Of a DNA stretch of 64,000 bases, positions 10,401 to 18,870 are shown piece after piece. The translations under genes and the position numbers were made by a program. The DNA comes from an uncultured Gammaproteobacteria bacterium. GTDB lineage: Bacteria; Cyanobacteriota; Vampirovibrionia; LMEP-6097. The stretch's first letter is position 1. Every line of letters starts with the position of its first letter. The stretch covers positions 92,495 to 156,494 of the forward strand of contig CAYTKM010000002.1 in NCBI GenBank assembly GCA_964438425.1, given 5' to 3'. The notes under the pieces were generated by a model. The model was not told where the DNA came from and made no database searches. It worked only from the letters and a program-made list of their open reading frames with translations.

Positions 10401-11747
10401 GATATCAGAGAGTTTACCTAGTTCACTTTGACCGCGCGCATAAAGTGGTTGACCTTCAGTTTTATTAACATCTTCCATGAAACTATCAAAGTTAAAAGTT
10501 TTAGTTTCCCTAAAACTACCTTGCACAGTTGGATCATAAGTTTTTTCTACTTCAAAAAATTCATCATAGGCAATTTTTTGATTTAATTCAATACTTTTAG
10601 TAGCTAAATCTTTTTTTTCAACTTTCTTAACTACAAAGTTAAACATATAGTTCTGCAAATAAGTTTTTAGCATGGCATCTGGGCTATCACCATTTGCTTT
10701 CAAGCGGGCAGCTAGCTCACCTGGAGCGAGTCCATTATCACCGATAGATTCTGTATCTATATTGCCACCTTCCATTTCTAGAATTTGAAATTTAGGTACT
10801 TTAGCTCTGATTTCTGGATCACTTGAATTGCGCATTGCTTTTCTAGCATCAGCATCAGCAGTATAAAAATCTTCATGTTTTTGAATATATTCATCAAAGA
10901 ACTTTTGAATTTCAGTAGGACTGTTATCAATAACATTACCGTAGTCATCTTCTCGAGCAAAACCAGTAATTAATTTAACTTTTTGGAATAATTCGTCATC
11001 TGCTGCTGCACTTTGCTCTTCACTATTGAGTTTTACACGTCCAGCTTCATCAGTTTCAAAAACTCTAATATTAGAGTCACCTAACTGATAGTATTCCTGA
11101 ATTTTAGCTTCGCCAGCGCTTCTATTAAATAGTGAATCACCATCATGAATAAGCTTTGCCATGTCACGAGCGCTATTTAAGTTTTTAGGTGGCGTATACT
11201 TTACGTTTAAGTCATCAACACCGTCTTTAGCATATGTAAAAGTATTAGTATTAACCTGGTTAAAGAAGTCACCTAGCTTAGTTTCACCACGATTAAAGAA
11301 GTCATCATCTTTCTTAGCATCGTAAGTGTAGTGGTGCAAGTTCCACTTACCATTGTCGGCCATTTTATTATAGTCATCAGCGATTTTTTTGTTAAATAAA
11401 CCTACAAAATCACCTCTAAGGTCACCACCAGCATCAACGGCTAAGTTAGAAACCTCTTGGAACTGAGATAAAATATAGTTCATTCTATTACTAGAAGATT
11501 GAAAACGATAGTTACGAGCATTCTCACCAGGTTGATGATTTTCACCAGAACTGATTGAAATATTAGATAAAAGCTCTACACTGCCATTCTCTGCCTGAAA
11601 ACTGTTGGATTTGAAATCGTTATCAATTGAGAAAAAACCATCAAAATAACCAGATAGTTTCTCTGATTTTGAACTTAATGCTTCTAATGAATTGGTGGCT
11701 AAATCTCTATTTTGCCCGAATTGTGGATCTAAATTACTACTGCTCAT
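7476..11747 (-). CDS. large acidic Asp/Asn-rich, Cys-free hypothetical protein
   Basis: 1423-aa ORF with GAGGT RBS-like element upstream. No signal peptide or known domain recognised. Confidence 0.8.
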   Translation of the reverse strand: MSSSNLDPQFGQNRDLATNSLEALSSKSEKLSGYFDGFFSIDNDFKSNSFQAENGSVELLSNISISSGENHQPGENARNYRFQSSSNRMNYILSQFQEVSNLAVDAGGDLRGDFVGLFNKKIADDYNKMADNGKWNLHHYTYDAKKDDDFFNRGETKLGDFFNQVNTNTFTYAKDGVDDLNVKYTPPKNLNSARDMAKLIHDGDSLFNRSAGEAKIQEYYQLGDSNIRVFETDEAGRVKLNSEEQSAAADDELFQKVKLITGFAREDDYGNVIDNSPTEIQKFFDEYIQKHEDFYTADADARKAMRNSSDPEIRAKVPKFQILEMEGGNIDTESIGDNGLAPGELAARLKANGDSPDAMLKTYLQNYMFNFVVKKVEKKDLATKSIELNQKIAYDEFFEVEKTYDPTVQGSFRETKTFNFDSFMEDVNKTEGQPLYARGQSELGKLSDIFIENFDINNSRYFEDNRTLFDLLSGDLGTGGGATDNENINNLLFGSLRQSNHQLADEVLDVMGSEGYDEISTDLFTKDLRGKLLLNNFQLNDDDFLNKAEGQVIDARDVSAYMKKVIFKDILDGVVDIDDATFEEITSDSKKMDKYISENKVAIKINPFLMKEAGIEPTYQDRLRFDRYNKAMTFVDDMERRGKSFESYRKPANNDTNTMTEEQVTAFRERKGDASLVEDFINNHQNTRDLEDEFKIDYLLNSYDELEVGMANPHNVVMAGQMMTASSKNSRYFTKERSKPKSDGSVTASRNLPPPMLTETVTSSVIAKIGQTMIDKVNQSKEKNPFAQITLDANGNYVLDGEYDEETTQIFDKLISGFNDLRRINPSISDFSKEVTRTNDMMQEAASEVIDDILGNFTTEFKIGQNGVPKTLSQDEHGWTNEDVNNGMFIRDVKTSWGKNAKVLTKFWTADYTDPVTGETTKEKVYQDEDGNTIKYSGGGNIKMLDLYKALEHERKYMNRHDYAERRQNYVQMMYTMNQMFTKASNSQVTVKNNKFGEGERFTGTLAEHIANIPNQKRIAEQLDKIEIGNIDVGNVIKDITDTLNDLNKKMSGQVSMRPINDAKTTSSDDVRMLDKLSKGRDGTASGYADGLRDYVDDYMLDNDKVYDVSFKNANRDIQASKSIIDIVGESPKLAGGNLDQIKTVKEYLQKVIDYHENISENKDDASLADKAIIEAWLEDKADVSIARQTIGSMSGISSIKADIDIIDHVLDPRVSGNSEGAVNDYLKELHDTQKDKNRLSRGLSTYRADLHKLRLAARKGVDGENSEFMKILYGDPEVENDQGIDFSVIEDAFTGKNLNYNMDPKYGDFKEGLEEQIETIRNSNNAVKKEQLTKDLIYYIDSAAGGIKSASKELTQVNQTMDADFLEEGDENISLTSIIEKNKVRVEDKSVQELLILTMIMEMFERSTWEFNQWLNDETRYS

Positions 11748-11798
11748 CTACTCTAATACCTCTAGTTATTAGATAAGCAAATTAAAGTTAAAAGTCGT

Positions 11799-12539
11799 TT
11801 AAATTACGATACCAATCTTTCTTAGGTTATCAAGTAATTCTCTTAACTTACTACCTGTATTATTTAAATCCTGTATTTTAAAACGCTTATGAAAATTTTT
11901 TAATAGTGCAGCTTCAGTAGTACCATTGCGGATTTGATTAATAATAAAATAAGTACCATCTGAAAGTTCAAAATATCTTATTTTGTTTTGTAAGCTTCTA
12001 AAAACAAACATCATTTCTTTTTCAGGTTTAAATTCTGGTACATCATTAATAGCTGAATTTAGCTGCAAGAAGTTAATAATTTTGCTGATCGGGTATTTAA
12101 AACGATAAATTTTGCTTGCTGGGTTAATTTTAAGATTACTACTGTTACTTGGAGCTTGAACCACTAGTGGCTGATTATACAGTGTAAGCTCCGCCCATTC
12201 ATATTCAGCTAGCTCACTTAACCAGCGTGGATAATGTTTATACTTTAATCTAAATCTAAAACTAGCTAAGAACTTTGAAAAATTTAAAGCAGCAGCTCTA
12301 TAGATGGCTGAATCAGCTGGGTAACGGTGGTAATACTCTAGTATGTTTTGCTCCCAGGTACTTTGCATTATTTTATAGCACTGCGGGTAAGCCTTTTTTA
12401 AAAAAGACTCTAGATTAGTTACAGCTAGGCTTTTATAAATACTTAAGCCAGCTAGTACTTTATCATCTAAGCTCACTTTTCTACCACGCAGGTAAGCTGA
12501 GATCTTTTGTTGGTCTTTATATAGTTTATTTGCGAGCAT
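11799..12539 (-). CDS. DUF2063 family MNIO partner protein (HvfC/BufC-like)
   Basis: GLSIYKSL..NLESFLKKAYP, F.KFL, PRWLSELAEYEWAEL, F.YPISKI; adjacent to DUF692. Confidence 0.85.
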   Translation of the reverse strand: MLANKLYKDQQKISAYLRGRKVSLDDKVLAGLSIYKSLAVTNLESFLKKAYPQCYKIMQSTWEQNILEYYHRYPADSAIYRAAALNFSKFLASFRFRLKYKHYPRWLSELAEYEWAELTLYNQPLVVQAPSNSSNLKINPASKIYRFKYPISKIINFLQLNSAINDVPEFKPEKEMMFVFRSLQNKIRYFELSDGTYFIINQIRNGTTEAALLKNFHKRFKIQDLNNTGSKLRELLDNLRKIGIVI

Positions 12540-12568
12540 AGATAGAAGGTAATAGAAATAGATTTATT

Positions 12569-13564
12569 TTATCGAAGATGATCAGCTGAGCTATTTTCTA
12601 TGATCTCGATTCGAGCTATCTGATCAAGCAAAATACAAAATTCATTAATCTGTTGATTTTCGTTTTGTTTAGCGTCATACTTATCATCCATGATTTTACG
12701 GATCTGTTTTAATTCTTCCACAATTTCAGTAAAATTAAAATTACCATCACGTTCAAGTGAAACAGCTTTAATACGTGTTTTATTAAAAACTGTTTTAAAA
12801 AGTTCCATAACTGTAGGGTGCACGTTATTTGCCCGGGTATCAAGTAACTTGATCTCGGTATCTGTGTACCTTGATTTATACTTTTTTTTATGACCCGCTA
12901 AATGAACTTGAACTACTTTATCTAAGTTTATTTCTGAGATAAAGTCTTTAGCTCGGTAACGATGATTAACAGAATTTACATAAACATTATTTAGATCTAG
13001 TAATAAACCACAATCCGCCAGCTCGCATAGTTCATTTAAATACTGATACTCGCGCATTTCGTTTTCGGGGTAATATAAGTAGTAACTAGGATTTTCTACT
13101 AAAAAGGGAATCTGAAACTGATCTTGATAAAATTTAATATTGTCAGCTACTATCTTCATTGATAGCTTAGTTAGTGGTACTGGTAAGAGCTCTTGAAAAT
13201 ATTTACCACGAATACGGGTAACTGATAAATGATCTGAAAACCAGGGTGCTTTAATTTCCTGGTTTAGCTTTTTAAGCTGATTTAATAAAAACATGTCAAA
13301 CTCGATCTCACCGAGTTTGCGTGGCGCGCTACCTATACTTAGGTTTGCACTGTGCGGTATTAAGGGGATTTCTCTATTAACAGCTTCTTTAAAATGTTTA
13401 GCTGGCAAACCACCGCGATAAATATGATTTTCTGGTACTATTTCTAGCCATTCGATTAGAGTTTGTCTAGCATTTTCATCCAGATAATCGAAAGTGGATC
13501 TCCGCAGCTCGCTGCGAAGACCCAATCCCAAACCAAAATACTTTAGTTTACTTTTGTCAAACAA
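12569..13564 (-). CDS. DUF692 multinuclear non-heme iron-dependent oxidase (MNIO, HvfB/BufB-like)
   Basis: GLGLR, WLEIVPEN, H..NLSIG, WFSDHLS, LLPVP, VENPSYY, GLLLDLNNVYVNSVNH, VHLAGH, LERD. Confidence 0.93.
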   Translation of the reverse strand: MFDKSKLKYFGLGLGLRSELRRSTFDYLDENARQTLIEWLEIVPENHIYRGGLPAKHFKEAVNREIPLIPHSANLSIGSAPRKLGEIEFDMFLLNQLKKLNQEIKAPWFSDHLSVTRIRGKYFQELLPVPLTKLSMKIVADNIKFYQDQFQIPFLVENPSYYLYYPENEMREYQYLNELCELADCGLLLDLNNVYVNSVNHRYRAKDFISEINLDKVVQVHLAGHKKKYKSRYTDTEIKLLDTRANNVHPTVMELFKTVFNKTRIKAVSLERDGNFNFTEIVEELKQIRKIMDDKYDAKQNENQQINEFCILLDQIARIEIIENSSADHLR

Positions 13565-13567
13565 AGA

Positions 13568-13774
13568 TTAGTGGTGGTCGTGATGTTCTTCAACTTCATG
13601 TTCGATATTGTCACCCATTTCATCCATGCCGTCTTCCATATCGTTACCTAGCTCTTCCATTTCTTCGCCAACAGTAGGTTCTTTTTCAACAGTTTCTACG
13701 TTACACGCGTTTAACATAGCAGTGAAGCTTAAAGCCACGATTGCAGTTGAAAAGATTTTTAGTAATTTACTCAT
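13568..13774 (-). CDS. small predicted lipoprotein; candidate MNIO precursor or metal-binding peptide
   Basis: AGGAG RBS, signal peptide ending LNA-C, acidic Met-rich 11-mers and EHHDHH tail. Stop lies 3 bp before the MNIO start. Confidence 0.75.
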   Translation of the reverse strand: MSKLLKIFSTAIVALSFTAMLNACNVETVEKEPTVGEEMEELGNDMEDGMDEMGDNIEHEVEEHHDHH

Positions 13775-13788
13775 TTGATTAATTCTCC

Positions 13789-14226
13789 TTATTTTTCCTG
13801 TCTAATTAGATAGTCTAAACTATATTTGCCGGCGCCGTGTGAAAGTAAAACAAAAAGCATTATTAAATAATACAGAGGAATTTCAAAGCCGTTTTCTTGA
13901 TGAGAGAAATGTGTTAAGCCATGAACGAAAGCTATGGCTGAGCACATTACTACCATCAAAGGTAGGGAGACCAGTCTGGTTAAAAAACCAAACGCTAAGA
14001 AAATTACTCCTGCTATTTCTGCTGCGGTAGCTAGAGTTAAGCTTAGTTCAGGCATCGGAATGCCAAGCTCTTTAAACCAGCTAATAGTATCAGCAAAATT
14101 GCTCAATTTTCTCACTGCTGGACCATAAAGGCCGTAAGCAAGTAATAGTCTAAGAAATAACAGTGCCAAATCTTTAAATGGTTTAAAAATTTTTAGTGTT
14201 ATACTAATTAGACCCGAAATCATCAT
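13789..14226 (-). CDS. DoxX family membrane protein (HvfX-like)
   Basis: LLFLRLLLAYG...KL, WF..LGIP.P, E..G..LA.G..TR, NGFEIPLYY, GAGKYSLD. Confidence 0.92.
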   Translation of the reverse strand: MMISGLISITLKIFKPFKDLALLFLRLLLAYGLYGPAVRKLSNFADTISWFKELGIPMPELSLTLATAAEIAGVIFLAFGFLTRLVSLPLMVVMCSAIAFVHGLTHFSHQENGFEIPLYYLIMLFVLLSHGAGKYSLDYLIRQEK

Positions 14227-14327
14227 ACACTATAATATCAATAAATTTCAATAAATTTATGCTTATGATATATTAAAGGTAAAAGTTGACTTAAAACTTG
14301 TTAGTATTTAAAGTCTCTTATTTATAA

Positions 14328-14648
14328 ATGAATAGTTTAAGAAACTCAACTGAAAACTTTGTACTTGCTTGCGCTAAAGATGATAGTACAGTAGCTGTTT
14401 TATGTCGCACTGAGGGCTATAACTTAGGTCCAGCTGTTTGCTCATCAAAAAAAGACGCTGTGAAGCTTAAAACGAAGCTGGCTAATGATGAGCGTGCCAT
14501 GATTAATTCTTGTGCGCTAGCAATTATTAAGACTTTACTCGTGTACAAGGTTACTAAAAACCATGTACCAGTCTGGGACGGTGAGTCTCTTTGGGCTTAC
14601 CTGCCAGATGATTCAGTTAAATGCGTTGAATCGCAGCAACTATGGTAA
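14328..14648 (+). CDS. hypothetical protein (5 Cys), divergent from the MNIO operon
   Basis: 106-aa ORF filling the gap between doxX and radA. Confidence 0.65.
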   Translation: MNSLRNSTENFVLACAKDDSTVAVLCRTEGYNLGPAVCSSKKDAVKLKTKLANDERAMINSCALAIIKTLLVYKVTKNHVPVWDGESLWAYLPDDSVKCVESQQLW

Positions 14649-14832
14649 TCTGTGTAAGTTAAATATTTAGGCAGTGGCGGTCTTAAAATACTTTAACCTA
14701 GATAGTCACCTAGATAAATTCAAAATCATAGTTATGATAATTCTAATCCTGCTAAATAAGCGGATTTAAACATAAATCGCAGGGGTTTAAATCTAAACCG
14801 TTGATTAGAGTCAGCTCGAAATGCTGGATCTG

Positions 14833-16242
14833 CTAAGCGCTAGCACCAACTTTAGGCTTTTTTACTAAAGTGTTTTGAAGCAGGTAAGCAGCTTGCTTAA
14901 TACTACTTACTGGAATTAAAGTAGCATCAAATTTATCACAATCAAGCTTAGTAAAGTTTTGTTGTGGTAGCATAATATGCTTGAAACCGAGTTTGATCCC
15001 TTCTTTTATTCTGATTTCTAGCTGGTTTGCGTAGCGCACTTCACCATTTAAACCCAGCTCACCGATGACTAATAGATCCTCGCAGATATTTTCAAGTTCT
15101 AAGGCATTTACAAAGATACTTAAAGCGATACCTAAATCTACTGCAGGCTCTTTAATAGTTAAACCACCTACTACATTTAAATAAATATCTGATTTATATA
15201 AAGTTAGCTTTAGGTGTTTTTGTAAGATCGCAATAATTTGGTGCAAGCGGTTTAAATCTATGCCATTTGCCAGTCTACGTGGATTGTTATATTCAGTTTT
15301 AATCGCAAGTGACTGAATCTCAACTAATAGTGAGCGTCTGCCCTCACGCGTCGCCACCACTATGCCACCTGATCTTTGGTCTAAAAAGATCTCTGAAGGA
15401 TCCTTAACATCTTCCAGACCTGTTTCAACCATGTTAAAGACTCCAAGCTCGTCAGTATTACCGAAACGATTTTTGATGGCTCTTAAAATACGTATATTTT
15501 GGTCTTTAACGCTCTCAAACTGCAAAACAGCATCTACCATATGCTCTAAGATCTTAGGTCCAGCTATATCGCCATCTTTATTTATGTGTCCCACAATTAA
15601 AATAGGGACGCCTGAACTTTTAGCTAGTCTCATTAAGCTAGAGCAGCACTCACGCACCTGACTAACCGTGCCAGGAATAGAGTCCAAATGAGGATTATAG
15701 ATAGCTTGAATACTATCAATGATAATTAATTCTAGCTTCAGACTATGTACTTGATTAATAATTTTTTCTAGATTATTTTCAGTGTAAACGTAGATATTAT
15801 CGAGCTTTTCGGTATCTACTTTTAGACGCTTAGCGCGCATTTTAAGCTGCGAAGAAGATTCCTCCGCGCTCACATAGAGCACACCAGCAGATTTCTGGTT
15901 AAAGTGATTCGCTACTTGCAAAAGTAAAGTGGATTTACCGATACCTGGGTGCCCGCCAACTAACACTAAACTGGCTGGCACAATGCCACCACCTAAAACT
16001 CGATCAAATTCTAAAGAACCTGAATCTGTACGTTTAATTTCATTAATATTTATTTGATTCAAAGTCTGGACTTTATCTTCAGCTTCAACAAAAAGTTTAT
16101 GTTTGTTTTTTTTAGCACTTTTAGAAGCTTTTTCAAGTTTTTGCTCTTCAAAAGTACCCCAGCTTTTACAATAAGTGCATTGTCCAAGGTACCCAGCACT
16201 TTCATAACCACATTCATTGCATACCCAGACTGATTTACCCAT
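14833..16242 (-). CDS. radA: DNA repair protein RadA/Sms
   Basis: N-terminal C4 zinc finger, GHPGIGKSTLLLQ, IDSIQ, KNRFG, Lon-like C-terminus GELGLNGEVR. Confidence 0.96.
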   Translation of the reverse strand: MGKSVWVCNECGYESAGYLGQCTYCKSWGTFEEQKLEKASKSAKKNKHKLFVEAEDKVQTLNQININEIKRTDSGSLEFDRVLGGGIVPASLVLVGGHPGIGKSTLLLQVANHFNQKSAGVLYVSAEESSSQLKMRAKRLKVDTEKLDNIYVYTENNLEKIINQVHSLKLELIIIDSIQAIYNPHLDSIPGTVSQVRECCSSLMRLAKSSGVPILIVGHINKDGDIAGPKILEHMVDAVLQFESVKDQNIRILRAIKNRFGNTDELGVFNMVETGLEDVKDPSEIFLDQRSGGIVVATREGRRSLLVEIQSLAIKTEYNNPRRLANGIDLNRLHQIIAILQKHLKLTLYKSDIYLNVVGGLTIKEPAVDLGIALSIFVNALELENICEDLLVIGELGLNGEVRYANQLEIRIKEGIKLGFKHIMLPQQNFTKLDCDKFDATLIPVSSIKQAAYLLQNTLVKKPKVGASA

Positions 16243-17455
16243 ACGTAAGTAAGGTTAGCATGTTTTTAACTAGACGTTCGAAGATCTCAGGCTTGAGACC
16301 TAGCCCTAGTCTGAAACCAGGCACACTGTAATCTAAAGCTTGGTGGCTGGCGACTAAAACTTTAATGTCGCTTAGTGTAAATATGGCTTTAGACTCTAGC
16401 GCATTTTTTAAATTTTGGTAATTCGATGCTAAGGGATTTAAAGCTATATAAGTCGCGATGCCGACTATACTTGTGGGCGCGGCAAGTAATATAAAGTCAT
16501 TTTGCTGAGCTAAAAAATTGACTAAAAAACTTTTATTGTGCTCGATGAGCTTAATATGTTCATTTACTACTAGGCGCGCTTTAGGTAGCAGGCGCGCAGC
16601 TAACAATTCTGAGATGATAGAAGTTCTTAAGCTGGTAAAGTTTCTAAAAGCTATGCACTGATTTAAATCTACTCCGCGCGCTGCTAGCCAACCTAGTCTG
16701 AGTCCGGGCAGCGCAAAAGCTTTACTTAGGTCACCAAAGACTATAGTTTTAGGGTGCAGGTGCAGAGCACTCTTTTTAGAGTCGGTGTTTAGTGGCTGGC
16801 AGACTTCATCTACGATAAGTAATCTACTTGCGCCGATGATTTTGCTGATTTGAGCCAATTCACTTGAGTTAAAAGCTGATCCGAGCGGATTATTAGGATT
16901 ATTTAAAACCAGAGCTTTAATATCTGGCTCAGTTGTTAAAATTGCCGCCAACTGATCTAGGTTATCTTTAAAGCTACGTTCAGGCTGATATAACCAGCTA
17001 TGAACCTGGCACCCATGATTTTTAGCAACCTGATATAAAGATTGGTAGCAGGGCTTCATCACGCATAATTGATCACCAGCTTTAAATAAACTTTTAAAGG
17101 TTAAATAGATAGCCTCAGCTGCGCCGGCAGTGCTTAAAATTTTTAGATCCAAATTTAAAGACTCAGGTGTAGCGCAGCTACTTGTTAAACTTTTATATTG
17201 AGATAGATTTTTATTTTGATCATTACTAAAACTTTGATGATAAAAATCCTTTAGAGCACTTATCAGTAAAGGGTGTCCATATTGATCGCTATAATCTAAG
17301 CTAAGTGAGCCTACTTCATGTAGCAGGCTCTCCAGCGAAAGATCAGCTTTTTGAGAAAAACTTCCAATACTAAGAGGACTCATACAAGCTGAGCTTAGAC
17401 AGTAATCATAATTACCCTCATGCTGATTGTATAAGTCCTCTAAGAGAAAAGACAA
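16235..17455 (-). CDS. PLP-dependent aminotransferase class I/II
   Basis: GAAEAI, P.YQSL, NNPNNPLG, DEV, DLSKAFALPGLRLGW. Confidence 0.88.
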   Translation of the reverse strand: MSFLLEDLYNQHEGNYDYCLSSACMSPLSIGSFSQKADLSLESLLHEVGSLSLDYSDQYGHPLLISALKDFYHQSFSNDQNKNLSQYKSLTSSCATPESLNLDLKILSTAGAAEAIYLTFKSLFKAGDQLCVMKPCYQSLYQVAKNHGCQVHSWLYQPERSFKDNLDQLAAILTTEPDIKALVLNNPNNPLGSAFNSSELAQISKIIGASRLLIVDEVCQPLNTDSKKSALHLHPKTIVFGDLSKAFALPGLRLGWLAARGVDLNQCIAFRNFTSLRTSIISELLAARLLPKARLVVNEHIKLIEHNKSFLVNFLAQQNDFILLAAPTSIVGIATYIALNPLASNYQNLKNALESKAIFTLSDIKVLVASHQALDYSVPGFRLGLGLKPEIFERLVKNMLTLLTYG

Positions 17456-17477
17456 AACTAGTTAAATAGTATTAAAA

Positions 17478-17657
17478 CTATTTAATTTCGATATGTTCAG
17501 TAACTTTTTTCATGTACTTATTGTACTTGTTCATTTTAAGCTTATCTGGATGCTTTTTCTTGTTTTTAGTCGTGTAGTAGCGTGATGGTGGAACACCAGC
17601 CTCTCTTGCTTCTGTACATTCAATAATTACTTTTACTTTATCACCTTTTTTAGCCAT
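17478..17657 (-). CDS. rpmG: 50S ribosomal protein L33 (not in supplied ORF track)
   Basis: Manual translation: MAKKGDKVKVIIECTEAREAGVPPSRYYTTKNKKKHPDKLKMNKYNKYMKKVTEHIEIK* (59 aa). Confidence 0.93.
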   Translation of the reverse strand: MAKKGDKVKVIIECTEAREAGVPPSRYYTTKNKKKHPDKLKMNKYNKYMKKVTEHIEIK

Positions 17658-17820
17658 AATAAGATAAACCTCGAATTTGCAATTTTAGCACGCTTGAAAG
17701 TAATTATGTGAACCTTTTATTTAAAATCTTAAATACTAGACAAAATATACTAGTAAATTTATGATAAATAAATAATATTCTTTATTTATTTTTGTAGGAT
17801 TTATGTCGATAAAGTAATAT

Positions 17821-18702
17821 ATGGATGTATTGAATGCTAAGCGAACCCTATTAAACCAGGAAAGCGACTTAGAAAAATTTTCAGATTATATAATTGAAAA
17901 TAATCAAAAGCTGTCTTTTCTGCAAGACTGCTATAGCATTTTAAAACTTTTAGAGGACCCCGACCTGACTACTCATAAGTTATCTAAGCATATCTATTCC
18001 TATAAGGCTTTAGCCAGGCATTTAATCTCTTTCAAATCAGGTAACGCTAGAATTTTTTCTGAGAAAATTAACAAATCTGAGGTTACTAGAGCTATTCAGA
18101 TTCTCGGCATTAATGAAACTAAAACTCAGGTGGAAGAATTTTTAATTCATGAATATTTGCTGTTAGCTAAAAACACTAAAAATGCTGAATTGCAGATGTT
18201 GTATAGAAAAAGTGCTAGATTAGCGATGACCGTTATTTATCTAAACCATCTATATAAAGATATTATTCCTAAATCGGATACAGTCATGGCTGCTTTGAAT
18301 ATGTATCAGGCAGATAAGGCTATTTTGAAACTGAACCCCGTGATTTACTTTGAAGCAAAAAAAATGTCAGCTAGAGGTATAGGTTTTAAATCAGCGATTA
18401 ATTTACTTTTTAATGTAGATACAAGTGCTCTAGCCCGTCATATTATAAATAGTTATGACTTCGAAACCACATATATCATTAAGATCATGGGCAATCAGCT
18501 CGAAACAAAAGAAAAAGCTATTTTAGATTTCGCTAAATATTTGGTTGAAAATATTAAATTTGAATACAAATGCGCGAGTACCTTATGGAAAAGTGTCCAA
18601 CCCTATCTGATCTCAGCTGGACTTAAGTTAGATCGTTCTAACTTTGAAAACTTTATGCATGGGACTTTTTTTAAGATGATCAAACTCGAAAAAAGCATTT
18701 AA
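17821..18702 (+). CDS. HDOD-like domain protein (divergent)
   Basis: LKLLEDPDLT...LSKHI...LARHLI...EVTRAIQILG resembles the HDOD N-terminal pattern. Confidence 0.55.
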   Translation: MDVLNAKRTLLNQESDLEKFSDYIIENNQKLSFLQDCYSILKLLEDPDLTTHKLSKHIYSYKALARHLISFKSGNARIFSEKINKSEVTRAIQILGINETKTQVEEFLIHEYLLLAKNTKNAELQMLYRKSARLAMTVIYLNHLYKDIIPKSDTVMAALNMYQADKAILKLNPVIYFEAKKMSARGIGFKSAINLLFNVDTSALARHIINSYDFETTYIIKIMGNQLETKEKAILDFAKYLVENIKFEYKCASTLWKSVQPYLISAGLKLDRSNFENFMHGTFFKMIKLEKSI

Positions 18703-18821
18703 AAGACCTTCTTGGCTATGATTTCGGCGTTTTACTGAGCCTCGAAAACTCATTTACGCTAGGTAAATTACCTTTTCTCGCTTTGCGTAATGCCTTGAAC
18801 TTTTTCGAAGTAAAAACTCTT
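18703..18821. repeat. degenerate ERIC/RPE-like palindromic miniature element
   Basis: About 120-bp relatively GC-richer insert with central hairpin TTTAC-GCTAG-GTAAA preceded by CTCA, flanking GGCGTT and GCCTTGA, and AAGA...TCTT ends. Resembles ERIC/RPE-type cores from memory. Confidence 0.45.
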
Positions 18822-18870
18822 AATTAAATATACTAACTTCTAATAATCTTAAAACGTTATAATAGGCACT

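Noticed and set aside
14328-14648. Cys-containing divergent ORF as the MNIO precursor
   Set aside because: It is on the opposite strand, has no signal peptide or repeated Cys motif, and looks globular.
17790-17815. Sigma-28 promoter (GTCGATAA) upstream of the HDOD-like gene
   Set aside because: The -10-like word lacks a correctly spaced TAAA -35 element and sits very close to the start codon.
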